DNA of 64,000 nucleotides from Alphaproteobacteria bacterium (lineage in GTDB: Bacteria; Pseudomonadota; Alphaproteobacteria; UBA828): assembly GCA_965237415.1 (NCBI GenBank), contig CBDEFM010000002.1:2912001-2976000 (forward strand), read 5' to 3'. Made by a program: the position numbers and the translations under genes. Numbering within the stretch: position 1 is the stretch's first letter; each line of letters opens with the position of its first letter. Shown in pieces: positions 29,277 through 37,611 of this stretch. The notes beneath the pieces are model-generated. The model did not search any database and was not told the DNA's origin. It saw only the letters and a list, made by a program, of their open reading frames with translations.

Positions 29277-30620
29277 CAGCCACTCCACGTAGCGGGCGCG
29301 CTCGTTGTCCGGCACCTGGCGCCGGAAGTCGTCGTACTCGTAGCGCTTGACCGTGGCGTAGTTGCGGCAGAACTCCTCGCCGAACCAGTCCTTTGCCAAG
29401 TCGGACGCCTCGAACCTGTCGAGCGCCTCGCCCCAGTCGTCGGGCAGCCGGGCTATGTCCTGCATGTCGAGGTCGCCCTCCGCCGGTGGGCCGGGGTCGG
29501 TCTTGTTGAGGATGCCGTCGAGCCCGGCGGCGAGATAGGCGGCAAGCGCGAGGTAGACGTTCACGTCGCCGCCGCAGACGCGGAGCTCCGGCCGCGTGGC
29601 GGCCGGGGATTCGTTGATGAGGCGGATCGCCGCGGTGCGGTTGTCCACGCCCCAGGCGAGCGAGATCGGCGCGAAGAGGCCGGGCACAAGCCTGCGGTAG
29701 GAGTTCGAATTGGGGAAGAAGATGGCGGTAAGCTCGGTCAGCCGCGCGAGCACGCCGCCCATGAAGTGCCGGCAGGTGTCGTTGATGTGGTGCGGCTGAT
29801 CGGGCGCCGCGAATGCGTTGTTGCCGTCCTTGTCCACCAGCGACATGTGGAAGTGGCAGGAATTGCCGGTCATCTTGTCGAACGGCTTGGCCATGAAGGT
29901 GACGCGGTTGCCCATCTGCATCGCCGCCTCCTTGGCGGTGGCGCGGAAGAGATGGCCGTTGTCGGCCATTTGGCGAACGGGCTGGTGGCAGATGCTCACC
30001 TCGTACTGGCCGGGGCCGTACTCATAGTGGCTGCATTCGAGCTCCCCGTGGGCGGCGACCGCGTCCAGCAGCGAATATTCCTCGGCGAGGAACTGGGTGC
30101 GCTTTTGCATCGAGTAGCATTGCACCCCGGAGTCCATCATCTCGTGCACGCCGTCGAGGAGGAAGAACTCGAACTCCGGCGCACAGCGGGCGTCGTAGCC
30201 CATCGTCTCCATGCGCCCGGCGACACGGTGCAGCACGTTGCGGGGGTCGCCTTCGACGAGCCGCCCGTCGGGCCAGGTGAGGGTGCCCATCACCAGCGCC
30301 GTGTCGGCCTCGTGGCGCAGGATGCGCAGGCTCGAGAGGTCGGGCACGGCGAGGAAGTCGGCGTAGCCGATGGTTTCGCCGTAGTCCGTGTTCGGCACCA
30401 CGTTGGCGGCGATGTCGAAGGCCATGACGGTGGCGCAGAAGGCGATGCCGTGGTGCAGCATGCGCTCGAAGTGGGCGACGCCCATCGCCTTGCCCCGGGC
30501 GACGCCGCCATAGTCGCCATATTCGACGCGGACGCGCTCGACGCCATTGGCGCGCAGCCAGTCGATGACCTCGTCGCTCGTGCCCGTGAAGCGCACCGGG
30601 CCGCTTGCCGCCTCGCTCAT
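29274..30620 (-). CDS. glutamine synthetase family protein (gamma-glutamyl-amine ligase-like)
   Basis: PEFEFF, EYGPGQYE, FMAKP, GNSCHFH, NSYRRL, WGVDNRT, ELR. Confidence 0.9.
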   Translation of the reverse strand: MSEAASGPVRFTGTSDEVIDWLRANGVERVRVEYGDYGGVARGKAMGVAHFERMLHHGIAFCATVMAFDIAANVVPNTDYGETIGYADFLAVPDLSSLRILRHEADTALVMGTLTWPDGRLVEGDPRNVLHRVAGRMETMGYDARCAPEFEFFLLDGVHEMMDSGVQCYSMQKRTQFLAEEYSLLDAVAAHGELECSHYEYGPGQYEVSICHQPVRQMADNGHLFRATAKEAAMQMGNRVTFMAKPFDKMTGNSCHFHMSLVDKDGNNAFAAPDQPHHINDTCRHFMGGVLARLTELTAIFFPNSNSYRRLVPGLFAPISLAWGVDNRTAAIRLINESPAATRPELRVCGGDVNVYLALAAYLAAGLDGILNKTDPGPPAEGDLDMQDIARLPDDWGEALDRFEASDLAKDWFGEEFCRNYATVKRYEYDDFRRQVPDNERARYVEWL

Positions 30621-30701
30621 TCCTCGACGCTCCCGTTCCTCGGCTCGCGGTGGCGTACCATAACGGCAGAGGCGCACACGCTCAAAGCGGTGACGGTGTG
30701 G

Positions 30702-30783
30702 GCGCTGCCTGGCGTGCGCGCGGGCACGGGCCCAATGATCCTGATGCACGAGGCCCGCCGCCGCCTCGGCGAGGGGCGCACGG
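30702..30783 (+). repeat. imperfect direct repeat, left of Na/Pi cotransporter
   Basis: homologous to 32933-33031; shared 23-nt core ccgccgcctcggcgaggggcgca. Confidence 0.8.
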
Positions 30784-31265
30784 GCACAAGGTGATCGTCG
30801 CGCGTCAGCCCCGGCCGGCGCGACCATCCTCGCTCTATTGAGCCCTCGCGACTCGCATCGCTTTCGTCGACCGTAACTCTGCCTGTACACTGCCGATTGC
30901 CGCAGATTGCGCTACGGGGATGCGCCGTCCGCTGGATACCCACAACCCGCGGAGTACTCTCTCTCGTTTGCCACAAACCCTCATGCTTCACCCCCGGTGC
31001 CCATGGTCGCGACGGCATTTCTCGGGTGACCGGCGGTGGAAGCGTCAGCACCTTGGCAGCCCTCGCTTGTCGTCGGGCTCCGCATTGGTTCCAGTGATCT
31101 GACAGTTCCCCGGTAGCTTCGCAGCGGCGGTGTCTCACCGATGAACGTCTCCTTCTCCGAAGCAGCCTGCGCCGCCTGCGAAGGCGGTGAGGCGAACGTC
31201 ATGGCGCCGCCGGGCGCCGATGCCGCGCCGCGCCGGGGCCACGCCGCCATGTTCGGGAACGAGTG

Positions 31266-32849
31266 ATGGAACTGCTCGCGGGCGTCGTGGGCGGGCTCGG
31301 CCTGTTCATCGTCGGAATGTGGTTCCTGACCGAGAACCTCAAGAAGCTCGCGAGCCGGCGGCTGCGCCGGAATGCGCAGCGCTGGACCACCAACCCGCTT
31401 GCGGCGCTCTTCTGGGGACTGCTGGGCGGCGGCATCACCCAGAGCATGAGCGCATTGACCTTCATCGCGGTGAGCATCCTGCGGTCGCGGCTGATCACCT
31501 TGAAGGGTGCGCTCGCCATGATCCTGGGCGGCGGTGTCGGCGTGACGGGCCTCGTCATGATCGCCACCTTCGATATCAAGATGCTCGCGCTCTATGTCGT
31601 CGGGATCGCGGGTGCCGTGGTGGCCACCGAGAGGCTCTCGAGATTCCGGGCTATCGCGGGGTCGTTCCTCGGCGGGGGCATGGTCATCCTCGGCCTGGTG
31701 ATTGTCAGGGAGGCTGCGGCGCCGCTTGCCGACGAGCCCTGGTTCCGGGACTTGATGCTGGGAACCGGGAACTCAATGGTTCTTGCCTTTTTCGTCGCGG
31801 CCCTGCTGACGTTCATCGTGCAGTCCTCGGGCGCGGTCTCCGTCTTCGGGATCAGCCTGGCGGCGGTCGATATCATCTCCGTCGACCAGGCCATCATGAT
31901 CGTCTACGGCAGCTTTATCGGCTCAAGTGCGATCATTTACGTACTGTCCGCCAATCTGAGAGGCCGCTCGCGCCAGCTCGCCATGTATATGGTGATCCAC
32001 AATCTGCTGGTCTGTGCGGTGACCATCCCTTTGCACTACGCCGAAGTCTATCTCGACGTGCCGTCGATGAAGGCGTTGATCTCCGCGACCGGCTTCGATC
32101 TAAGCCAGCAACTGGCCCTCGTGTACCTGATCCCGTCCGTGGTTCCCGTGCCGATCATGCTCGCCGGACTGGGGGTTTCGAGCCGGATTCTCGAGAGGCT
32201 GTGGCCGGCCTCGGAGATCGACGAGCTCTCGCGTACCGAGTTCATCCACGACCATGCCTCGGTGGACGTGGAGACCTCCCTGATGTTGGTCGACCTCGAG
32301 CAGAGGCGCGCGTTCAGCATGTTGTCCGGGTACTTCGAGCTCGTGCGGCAGAACAAGGATGTAGGCCCGCTTCGGGATGTGTCCCGCACGGTATTGTCTG
32401 AAATCAATGATTTTCTGACGGACTTGCACACGCTTCATCCCATGCAGGGAGTGGAAGGCCGCAATGCACTGATGAATCGCCAAAAACTTCTTTCGTGGGT
32501 AGCGGACGCCATGGGCGTCATGTGCGCGGCGCTGGTCGAGCTTGGCGACCGGCCATCCCTCAAGCAGTTTCAGGAGAACATAAGCGAGGGCGTGGACAGC
32601 GTGTTCCTGTCCCTGGACAGCGCGATGGAAAGCGAAGACAGACAGTCCTGGGACATTGCGACACAGTTGACCGGCGACCGCGGCGCGCTGATGCGCACGA
32701 TGCGGGGCAGATATCTGGAGGCGGATCCGCCATTACCCAAGCTCGATATGGCCAACATCCTGCTGATAACAAATGCGGTGGAAGAGATATTCTTCCTGTT
32801 GTCGAAGCTGGAGGAGGATTTTAACCCGTACTCCGGTGAGGAGGAGTGA
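31266..32849 (+). CDS. Na/Pi cotransporter family protein with PhoU-like C-terminus
   Basis: GGLGLFIVGM, two QS(M/S)S/QSSG repeats, many TM segments, helical C-terminal domain. Confidence 0.88.
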   Translation: MELLAGVVGGLGLFIVGMWFLTENLKKLASRRLRRNAQRWTTNPLAALFWGLLGGGITQSMSALTFIAVSILRSRLITLKGALAMILGGGVGVTGLVMIATFDIKMLALYVVGIAGAVVATERLSRFRAIAGSFLGGGMVILGLVIVREAAAPLADEPWFRDLMLGTGNSMVLAFFVAALLTFIVQSSGAVSVFGISLAAVDIISVDQAIMIVYGSFIGSSAIIYVLSANLRGRSRQLAMYMVIHNLLVCAVTIPLHYAEVYLDVPSMKALISATGFDLSQQLALVYLIPSVVPVPIMLAGLGVSSRILERLWPASEIDELSRTEFIHDHASVDVETSLMLVDLEQRRAFSMLSGYFELVRQNKDVGPLRDVSRTVLSEINDFLTDLHTLHPMQGVEGRNALMNRQKLLSWVADAMGVMCAALVELGDRPSLKQFQENISEGVDSVFLSLDSAMESEDRQSWDIATQLTGDRGALMRTMRGRYLEADPPLPKLDMANILLITNAVEEIFFLLSKLEEDFNPYSGEEE

Positions 32850-32932
32850 CCGCGCCCGCTCAGGCCGAGCGAAACCCACCCGCCGGCGCGTGCTCAGCCA
32901 AGGACGAGCTGCCGGAGCAGGCGGCGGCACCA

Positions 32933-33031
32933 GCGCTGCCGATCGTGCACGCGGGCACGGGTCCTGTGATCCCACCGGACCGATGGTCCCGATGAACGAG
33001 GCTCTCCGCCGCCTCGGCGAGGGGCGCATGG
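32933..33031 (+). repeat. imperfect direct repeat, right of Na/Pi cotransporter
   Basis: homologous to 30702-30783 with a small internal insertion. Confidence 0.8.
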
Positions 33032-33427
33032 AGATGAGGGGAGGGGCGGAGCGGGACCACCCTGTGGGTGTGGTCTATGGTAGGGTTGCATATGGGATCA
33101 TGGTTACCCATTCTAGTTCATGTAACGCCATGCGGAGTCGACGGGCAGGCGAGGGTGCCATGGGTTCTGACGAAGCGTTGGTCACCGACCCGGCAGCCCG
33201 GCAGCCCAGTAAGGCCGTGATTGAGGAGTGTGTTGGCGTCGGCACTAGGCCTGAAACATTAGCGTTGGCTGCTACCTGTAGCCGTGCCGAGCGGCGGGAT
33301 GACAACATTACCCGACTTTCCCGGACAATGAGATGTGGGCCGGGTTGGGGCGGACGCCACTACCCACTGACAAGCTGGGCACGCGGCCCCTCGGCCACCA
33401 GCTACACTTCGAGGGAGGAGAGCTGCA

Positions 33428-33616
33428 ATGGGCAACACCGGAGCTATTGCTGACATGAAGGTTTCTGATGTCCTTCGTCCGAAGGGCGGTAATGAGGTGC
33501 CGGTGAACTCTCATGTAGTACCGGCTCGAAATGATCCCGAGCCAGACTATGATGACATGCGCCGCATCGCGTCCGGTGAGCCCGAAGATGCAAATAAAGG
33601 TGCCACGAGTGAGTGA
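33428..33616 (+). CDS. small hypothetical protein (62 aa)
   Basis: strong GAGGAG SD; stop overlaps the GTG start of the downstream protease. Confidence 0.6.
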   Translation: MGNTGAIADMKVSDVLRPKGGNEVPVNSHVVPARNDPEPDYDDMRRIASGEPEDANKGATSE

Positions 33617-34442
33617 GAAGATCGAGCAGTTCCCTCGCTCTTCAGTCATTCCGAAACAATCGCCCGTCTTCTGGGTCGGCCAAAAGGATCGCTACCTTCG
33701 CCAGCTTTTGATCCGAGACATCGAGGTGCTCACAGGTCGTCGGCTCCTCGTGTACTACGCGAACCGCTTCCACAACGCGCAAATCAACCAACGCGATTGC
33801 GATTACTTCGTTGAGCTATTTGGCGACGTGAATAGTGAGGCATGTGATCTCTTCATCGAAACGTCTGGTGGCGAGACCGACGCGACCGAAGGGCTTGTGA
33901 AACTGCTTCGAACCCTTGCCCCGGATCTCCGTGTAATTGTTCCGAACGCCGCAAAGAGCAACGGCACTCTGCTGAGTCTTGCGGCCAGAGAAATCGTAAT
34001 GGGTCCACCCTCGGAGTTGGGGCCGATAGAACCCAGTTTGTCTGGCATTCCGTCTTCCGTGTTGATGCAGCCGCAAATGGCGCAAACCAACTTCCCGCTT
34101 CATCAGCTGGGCACGTTCGCATATCAGCACAGCAAGCAAATTGCCCTTGATCTTCTTTCGTCGGGAATGATGTCCTCGCGCGCACCCGAAGAAGTTGAGG
34201 CGGTGGTTGAGAAGCTTGCCGGCCGAGACACTTACAAGTCGCACGGGGCCGTGATTGACCATCGGGAAGCTTCGAACCTTGGCCTGAACGTATGCTACCT
34301 ACCCGATGGCAATGAAGTCTGGTCGCGAATCTGGCTCCTCTACTGCATGTATGACTTCGACTCACATCGCTCAGGGTTGCTGAAGATCTATGAAGGACGA
34401 GCGCGCAGCACTCAAATTAAGGCGCCGCCGTCTACGTCTTGA
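33609..34442 (+). CDS. SDH family Clp-fold serine protease (DUF114-like)
   Basis: ETSGG, IVPNAAKSNGTLLSLAAREIVMG, ELGPIEP, SHG. Confidence 0.85.
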   Translation: MSEKIEQFPRSSVIPKQSPVFWVGQKDRYLRQLLIRDIEVLTGRRLLVYYANRFHNAQINQRDCDYFVELFGDVNSEACDLFIETSGGETDATEGLVKLLRTLAPDLRVIVPNAAKSNGTLLSLAAREIVMGPPSELGPIEPSLSGIPSSVLMQPQMAQTNFPLHQLGTFAYQHSKQIALDLLSSGMMSSRAPEEVEAVVEKLAGRDTYKSHGAVIDHREASNLGLNVCYLPDGNEVWSRIWLLYCMYDFDSHRSGLLKIYEGRARSTQIKAPPSTS

Positions 34443-34612
34443 ACCTTGGTCAGCTACGAGCTTCCGACATCGCAGCCGCTTGTATGCCAAGACTTGACGA
34501 CCCTATCGCGGCTTTCGAGGCCGCCGCTGCGGCGGCCCAAGGCTGGGCCGAGCACACTTCCGAGGACCGCGCGCCACACCAACGCTAACCCTATTCAGTC
34601 TGTTTCCTCGAT

Positions 34613-37019
34613 GTGCGACATGAAGCTGCGTGAGTGATTGTTTTGCTTGAGGTCTTACAACCTCATGACAGAACCCGCCGTTCCTTCGGCGGTAGCCTAG
34701 GGGTGCGGGCATTGCTGGCAACGGCGATGTTCGAAGCCATCCCGACAATGTACCCCGATCCCGCAAGGGTGAAGCAGACCCCGCGAGGGCAAGCGAAGCT
34801 GCGAGCATCACGCAGCAGGGGGCTAGGCTTCGGAAGCATGGTGAACGTAAGTGAACCGATGATAAACCTCGTAAATTGTAACATGCCAAAGATGCTGACA
34901 GGCATGAACCAAAAGGTACGTGGGGGCGGTCTCTGGACGGGTCGAGTACCAGAGCAAGGACAACAGCCCCCACCGGGGGATAGTCGGCACCTAACCTTCC
35001 AACTGTCACTCATGCGGAACATGGTAAGCCCGTATTCTCGCCCATCAGGGCAAAGCGAACCGCAAGGAACGCCGATGGGAATGCGGGTATGGGATGCCGG
35101 AAAAAGCGAATGCCGTGCTGTAATCGTGCGGATAGGGGTTGAGGAAATATCCGACATCATCCCGCCCGAAAGGGAGCAGACTTCCGGTTGGTTTCTCCTC
35201 GCAAGAGAGTTTGCAGAACCATCGCAAAGGAGGACAGGCAAATGACAGTCATGAGCATGACTGGTGCGGCCTCCGGCGGCGAGATCGACTGGCACAGCAT
35301 CGACTGGGCGCAGGCGCATCGCACCGTTCAAAGGCTGCAAAGGCGTATTGCGAAGGCGACCAGGGAAGGACGCTGGGGCAAGGTGAAAGCCTTGCAGTGG
35401 CTTCTGACCCACTCGCTGCACGGCAAGATGCTCGCCGTAAGCGGGTCACTGAGAACCAAGGCAAGCGTACCCCCGGAGTGGACGGAGAAACGTGGTCCAC
35501 GCCGGGATCGAAAGCCAAAGCTGTTATGTCGCTCAGGAGGCGCGGATATCAACCGAGCCCTCTGAGACGGGTGTACATTCCAAAAAAGAACGGCAAGAAG
35601 CGCCCGCTAGGCATCCCGACCATGCAGGATCGCGCCATGCAGGCTCTACACCTGCTGGCCCTGCTCCCGGTCGCGGAAACCCAAGCGGACCCGAACTCCT
35701 ACGGCTTTCGGCCGAAACGAGCGAGCCGTGATGCAATCGGACAGTGCTTCAAAGTACTGGCCAATCGCACCAACAGGGCTCAATGGGTTCTTGACGCTGA
35801 CATTGCCGCCTGTTTCGACAACATCAGCCACGACTGGCTTCTCGCCAACATCCCCATGGACAAGGCGGTTCTCCAGAAGTGGTTGAAATCCGGCTTCGTC
35901 TGGAAAAACCAGATGTTCCCAACGGAGGCGGGCACTCCGCAAGGCGGAATCATCTCGCCGACGCTGGCGAACATGACTTTGGACGGTCTGGAGCCGACGC
36001 TGCTACGGCAGTTCGGGATCAGACGTCCGCAGAAGAAACGCAACGAACATAAAGTCAATCTGGTTCGGTATGCCGACGATTTTGTTTTGACCGGCGCAAC
36101 GCAAGAAACGCTGGAAGAGGCACGATCGGTCATCGAGGACTTTCTACGGGAACGGGGCCTTGCCCTGTCACCCGAAAAGACCAAGGTGGCGCACGTTGAT
36201 ACGGGCTTCGACTTTCTCGGCTGGAACGCTCGAAAATACGATGGGGTTCTTATCATCAAACCATCGAAGAAGAACGTCCATGCGTTCCTACGCAAAGTCC
36301 GGGAGATCATCAAGAAGTCCCCCACGGCGAAGCAGGAAAACTTGATAGCTACACTCAACCCCATCATCAGGGGCTGGGCCAACTACCACCAGAACCAAGT
36401 GGCCAAAGACACCTTCCACAAGGTGGACCACCTTATCTGGGAGCAGCTTTGGAAATGGGCGTGTCGGAGACACCGGAACAAGTCCCGGAAATGGGTAAAA
36501 CGACGCTATTTTATCCGTGAAGGGTCTCGGGACTGGATCTTCAGCACGTCAGTCAAAAAAGAGGGCAAGGCGAAGAGGATTTACCTGACCTACGCCAGCA
36601 ATACCCCGATCCGGCGTCACCGCAAAATCCGCAGTGTCGCCAACCCGTTTGATCCCGCCTGGGACGAGTACTTCGAGGAAAGGCTCGGCTGGATCATGGA
36701 ACGGGACCTCAGGGGTAAGAGGCAACTGCTTCACTCTGGCAACAGCAGGCCGGGCAGTGTCCGCAATGCCGAGAGCCCATCAGCAAGGAGAGTGGATGGC
36801 ACGTCCATCGCATCCTGCCGAGGGCTCCGGAACGACCAGTCCTCCAACCTGATGCTCCTTCATCCCAACTGCCAAAGGCAGGTTCTTAGCCGCGGTTACA
36901 GTGATGGTTCACCGGCTCCCGTCAAAGGGGCTTTGTAGAGACTTGAGCCGTATGCGGGGAAACCCGCACGTACGGTTCTTAGGGGGGAATGGCGCAGTGA
37001 TGCGCTGTTCCTACCCGAC
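34613..37019 (+). mobile_element. group II intron (IIB / CL1-like)
   Basis: 5' GTGCG at 34613; domain V gagccgtatgcggggaaacccgcacgtacggttc; domain VI ending ctacccgAC at 37019; EBS1 gtcgag (34941) pairs with IBS1 ctcgat (34607). Confidence 0.93.
35242..36938 (+). pseudogene. ltrA: group II intron reverse transcriptase/maturase with frameshifts (near 35438 and ~36730-36830)
   Basis: WHSIDW..RLQRRI N-terminus in a different frame from TPGVDG, RPLGIPT, GTPQGG, RYADDF, GFDFLG, IRGWANY; HNH region CPQC..WHVH is out of frame. Confidence 0.88.
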
Positions 37020-37163
37020 GGCATCATCTGCCTCTCCCTGAGTGTCGCCTGCAGCCGGGCTGTGTGGGCTCTCGGGCGCGTGGACGACCCCGGGACCGTC
37101 GCCCTGGGCGTGCGCCAGCGCCTCCTTCAGAGACTGGATCAGTTCGTCACCGAGCTTGCTCAT
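37011..37163 (-). CDS. small ORF with NadS/HigA-type antitoxin N-terminus, interrupted by the antisense intron
   Basis: MSKLGDELIQSLKEALAHAQGDGPGVVHAP...; GGAGGA SD; without the intron it continues at 34612-34595 (IEETD*). Confidence 0.6.
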   Translation of the reverse strand: MSKLGDELIQSLKEALAHAQGDGPGVVHAPESPHSPAAGDTQGEADDAVG

Positions 37164-37402
37164 CGCAAATTCCTCCGCACCGCGCTAAGCCACACCCCCC
37201 GGCCAGCGGCCCGCCCCATTCAACTCCCTGGACCATAGTGCGATGCACAGCGTGCGCCGCCCGCGCCATCGTCGCGTTATGTGGAGCAAGAGCGAGCGGA
37301 CCGCGGCAGGCGGGATGAGTGGGCGCACACTCATCGATTCCGCGCGCAAGACCCTGCGAGCTTGCGCGACCGTCGCCAGCGTTATCGAGGGCAGCCGCTG
37401 CC

Positions 37403-37482
37403 TGAGCCACTATGAGCCACCATGTGTCACTTTGAGCCACTATATCCCGCCATATCCCGGCGAATCCCGGCGAATCCCACTT
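37403..37482. repeat. eight tandem degenerate 10-bp units
   Basis: tgagccacta tgagccacca tgtgtcactt tgagccacta tatcccgcca tatcccggcg aatcccggcg aatcccactt. Confidence 0.8.
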
Positions 37483-37578
37483 TGAAAAAGTTGATGAACC
37501 GCACGCATCGTTCGCCCGCGCACGTGGACATGCGACGTGCGCCTGCACACGTGGACGAAAGACGCGCGGGACGCGACT

Positions 37579-37611
37579 CAGGCCGAGACCGTGGTGAGAA
37601 TTCCGGGCTAC
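37579..37611 (+). repeat. short dispersed repeat family B, copy 5
   Basis: caggccgagaccgtggtgagaattccgggcta; overlaps the stop codon of the DMFase beta-like gene. Confidence 0.85.

Noticed and set aside
30702-34500. Integron cassette array
   Set aside because: No intI, and the flanking repeats lack RYYYAAC/GTTRRRY attC ends.
34613-37019. RT as retron, DGR or defence RT partnered with the upstream protease
   Set aside because: Canonical group II intron termini, domains V/VI, EBS-IBS pairing and maturase X domain explain it; no msr/msd or TR/VR seen.
37403-37482. Possible CRISPR array
   Set aside because: 10-bp units with no spacers and no cas genes.
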